A stretch of DNA of 23,547 bases from Ginkgo biloba (lineage: Eukaryota > Plantae > Ginkgophyta). The notes under the pieces were generated by a model, which was given only the letters and a program-made list of their open reading frames with translations, was not told the origin of the DNA and did no database searches. Positions 19,611 through 23,547 of the stretch are shown piece after piece (positions within the stretch are counted from its first letter, which is position 1; every line of letters begins with the position of its first letter). A program made the position numbers and the translations under genes. Location: contig JANKJI020000004.1 of the NCBI GenBank assembly GCA_024626585.2, forward strand, positions 173,709,467 through 173,733,013, in the 5' to 3' direction.

Positions 19611-21839
19611 CAAGTATGACCATTTTTAACTTGAATTTATATTCTTTCTTTATTTTAAAAAGGAAATTTGAAAAGTTTAAAAAGGAGTATTTGGAATTGA
19701 GCTTATGTAAATCTAAAAGGAGTCATTTATTAGGATTTTGATTAGGATTACATATACCAATCCCTAGTTGCTATCCTACAAGTTTCATTAGGAATAAAAT
19801 CCAGTTGTTCGTTGGATTTCAATCCTCTCATTATCCTCATTTGATAGCCATGTCCATTTTGGAAGGAGAGACCATCTTCATTGGTCTTCACTTCCTCCAT
19901 TCCTTGTGGGATTGCACCTCCTTTTAGGGTTGCTTGTCAATTTCTTGGCTTGGTTTTAGATTTGCTTTATATTTGTATGGAAAGGAAAAGACTGCATTTA
20001 TTTGTCCTTAATTTCATGTTTGAATAGTAGCCAAAAATTAGATTTCCCAATCTAATTTTCATCTACCTTGACCCTTTTTACGATGCACATTCATTACACA
20101 TAGGGTTCTTGTTGCTCAAAAGGGATTTCTTACCCTTCTTGTCGCTTTTCATGTCAAATTCTCTTATTTTTTGGAATGCCTGACAACAATATTACTTGTC
20201 CTATTGTTGGTAGTGTGGTCATTTGCTATCCCATTTTTAGCAATGCATTGCTCATTGTCCTACTCCAGGCAACAAGCTACTTGTTGCCCTACTATTAGTG
20301 GGGTTGTTCCTTGTTGTTCTAAAGTTAAGTTGGGTGGGTTTGGGTGTTTCTTTACTTTATATAAATTGTGTGCTTATTGTAGAAGAAGGAAAAGAAAAGG
20401 GAAAGAAAAATGAAAAGCTTTTGAATTTCTTGACAAGGTGAGAAAAGAAATAAATTGATTATGTTGTGTGTGCAATTGTCAAAGCCAATGTTGTATATAC
20501 ATTGAATACCATGAATGAATGGATGAGTTGAATTGAATATTTCTATTTTCTTATGAGCATATGTTTTGTATATCTTTCTGTTATGCGTTTATACACATTG
20601 GTTTATATTGCACAACCACACACAATCGCACATAGTAGCATGCATTAAGGTGTGCGCGTAGGGTGTACGCACCCTTAGTTGTGATTGGACCAACCCGTGG
20701 GGGTCGCATGGGAAGGGGAACTACACTCACGCATATATAGAGTGCTAGAGAAATAAAAATAACAAGTGATTTCGAAAGTAGTGAGTTGAACTTTATTATA
20801 AGACTTTATAATGTGGAATTGTATCGCTTATAATGATTAGTAATCTCATCTGAGCATTCAAATCTGAGATACTCGGATTTGATCTAGATTTTTACATCAC
20901 AGTGAACATGCAAACCTGAGCACAAAATCCAAGCTTAACTGGCCAAGGAAAGAGATAAACACCATTGATTTGGGGATGGAAATCACACAACCCGTGCTAG
21001 AATTTGTGCTAGCCAGAACTTTGAAAACCTTGTAGAAATGACGCAGTAGAGAACAAAATTCATACTATGTTGAAATTTAGTCCTTAGAAGGGACTNNNNN
21101 NNNNNNNNNNNNNNNNNNNNNNNNNNNNNNNNNNNNNNNNNNNNNNNNNNNNNNNNNNNNNNNNNNNNNNNNNNNNNNNNNNNNNNNNNNNNNNNNNNNN
21201 NNNNNNNNNNNNNNNNNNNNNNNNNNNNNNNNNNNNNNNNNNNNNNNNNNNNNNNNNNNNNNNNNNNNNNNNNNNNNNNNNNNNNNNNNNNNNNNNNNNN
21301 NNNNNNNNNNNNNNNNNNNNNNNNNNNNNNNNNNNNNNACTTTTTGGACTTCAAAAAGATGCGCCCTTCTAGAATAACTTCTCTGGCTATCAGAATAAGA
21401 GCTATATTATCCAAATTTGAATGCATGATGCTCTTCACTAAAACTACCTACACAACCCCTGCCCCATTTCCATTATTCCCTCTTTCCATTAACTCGAAAA
21501 TAGAAAATTATTAAAAAGGGTGCATAACACTTTTGCTATCCCTTTTGTGTTGCCTTAGATTGTTGTTTTTTCTATCATCAGTACCGAGCCTANNNNNNNN
21601 NNCGGTCCAATACCATGTGACATCTTCATCTTTGGAAGTCTTTGCTTTGTCAGGCTTTTCACTGTCCCTAGTTTTTTAGGGTTAAATCTTGGATATCATT
21701 GTTGTAGTGAAACTCATAATTCTTTATAAAACCATCAGTCCCCCTTCTTATCACTGATACCTTATCTTCCATTGAAGAGAAGGTTATCGTAAAGAAGCAC
21801 GTACCCTTCTCTAATTACCAATCTCCTAGGCTAAGATTG

Positions 21840-23310
21840 TTCCATGTTCTTACAAACCATTGTTGCAAATTGTGTGTTGAGATTGGAGATATGATGCTTA
21901 TCTTATCCATTAGTGCTCTACACATCAGATATGTTATTTTTGTTGCTTGTTGCCTGACAATAAATTCTAGGGTTCAATTTTCCTTTTTCTCTAGGATTTT
22001 GCCAAATCTTAAACATCTTTATTTGGTTGTGATTTGTAACTTCTACTCTAAATTATCGATCGAGGGAGGCTTGGTCTTTATCAGATCCCATGTTACTAGC
22101 TTGGGATATTTGCCTTGGCTCTGTTTCCTTTTTTCCAAGTAACTAGAAAGCTTGTTCAACAAGCCTATAAATGTCCTTTTGTGCTTGTAATCTATCATTG
22201 TTGGATGAGGCCACGATTTTGTCTACTAAATTTCCTCTCAGCCATGTTGTTTCTTCCTTCTCATGGTTTCTCTAAGGTTGAGTGCTATTTCCTTGTGTTG
22301 TGCCTATGTCCATGCTTACTACTTCATTGAAAATAAAAAATCTTGTACTATCCAAGTAGCATCGAAAGATGAAAAGTGGTATCAAATTTTATGTTGAGAA
22401 GCATAAAAACTTCAAAATCTCAATTTTAGAGTTTCATATTTTAGGTNNNNNNNNNNNNNNNNNNNNNNNNNNNNNNNNNNNNNNNNNNNNNNNNNNNNNN
22501 NNNNNNNNNNNNNNNNNNNNNNNNNNNNNNNNNNNNNNNNNNNNNNACCATTCAACAAGTACACTAGAAATAGGTCGCGTCCCTTACAACTCCAAAATGA
22601 TGATTAGAATCTGTCCTTTTGACAAGGATCACCCATATAAACATTGTAGGAGAGGTACCAAACCCCACTTAAGAGCCTAACTTACCCTTGAAACTTCTAG
22701 ATACTTCAAGAGGCCCTTAGGGGTTATCTCGGTATCTTCCATTACCCTTTAGAAGTAGGTCTCTTTAACCAACAGAACTCCCTAGGTAACCTCTTATTAC
22801 CCTTCTTTCTTAAAATGACCCCTATTGGAGTGCTTAACAAGAACTATAAAATACATGTTCTTGATTCTAGAGAAACCTTTGCCTTTGAGTTGATTAAGGA
22901 GGTCTTCATAATCCAACTTTTCTAGGCTATAACAACTTGATGTTGTGACCCTCTTATTGTAGCTCTTTAGCAATATGTGATGAACTCTACTGCTTTCTTC
23001 TACATGCAGGGGTTCAAACATACCGTATTTGTAATGGGTCACTCGAGTGTATTGGAATTTCTCCATTCATGTCTCATACTTAGTTCATGGTTTTTAATTG
23101 ATTTATTAAGAGACAAGTAGTGCCTTACCTACTGGCCTTTCCTTGATCTTCATTCAAATTTGTCTCAATCTTGAATATGGGCCTCACCCTTCTTGGCTAT
23201 GAATAGATTTGAAAATGTGACTCACCTTTCTTAGGAAGTTACTAATACCTTACCCATGGAAAATAATTGCCACAATTTAGATGGATCTATGTTCTTGTCT
23301 CTTATCTTCT
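21840..23310 (+). mobile_element. Possible highly degraded L1 LINE ORF2 remnant (endonuclease-like region then RT N-terminal region)
   Basis: LTLE..RYF (cf. GL..EFY), FRSRSL*PTEL..LITLLS*ND (cf. F.SG.LP......ITLLPK.D), PIGVLNKNYKI (cf. RPI.LLN..YKI), RVYWNF....GF (cf. DRV.W.FL....GF) occur in the correct order at about 22680-23095. The upstream part is weaker and lies across a 100-N gap. Confidence 0.4.
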
Positions 23311-23547
23311 CTCATTTTTATCCAATATCCCATCTTTTCCCCCTATTTTTTTACTTTCTTCTTTATTTCCATCTATTCTTTTGTCCCATTCCTATTTTTT
23401 ATCTCTATTCTTGAATGCTTATTATTCCTCTCTCATACCCTACCTTTGATTTTATTTTTTTCATGTGTTCTATCCCATCCCTTCCTTTCATTTATTATCA
23501 TTATTATTATTATATTTTCTTGAGTGAGAGTAAATGGGTTGTGAGTT

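Noticed and set aside
23267-23523. Hydrophobic ORFs resembling membrane peptides
   Set aside because: Produced by a T/C-rich low-complexity tract.

Overview
Eukaryotic, AT-rich land-plant genomic DNA from a gappy draft assembly. The host is probably non-angiosperm (fern-like), which is an inference. The centre holds one intact 20-exon plus-strand gene (CDS 7564..16923, 1069 aa by my exon sum) encoding a RAD5/HLTF-family protein: N-terminal CUE/UBA-like segment, HIRAN domain, SNF2 ATPase motifs I-VI and an embedded C3HC4 RING. All 19 introns are GT-AG and all phases join. The flanks are decayed repeat DNA: a clear Ty3/Gypsy RNase H fragment and several very degraded L1-LINE ORF2-like stretches. 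The best unannotated signal, mostly missed by the ORF track, is a minus-strand, intron-free, stop-disrupted copy of a plant EXD1-like DEDD 3'-5' exonuclease gene at 1617..1948, possibly extending to about 2400. I see no convincing new multi-gene system. The other findings are modest: a TTAA-flanked MITE candidate, weak splice sites and small duplications.
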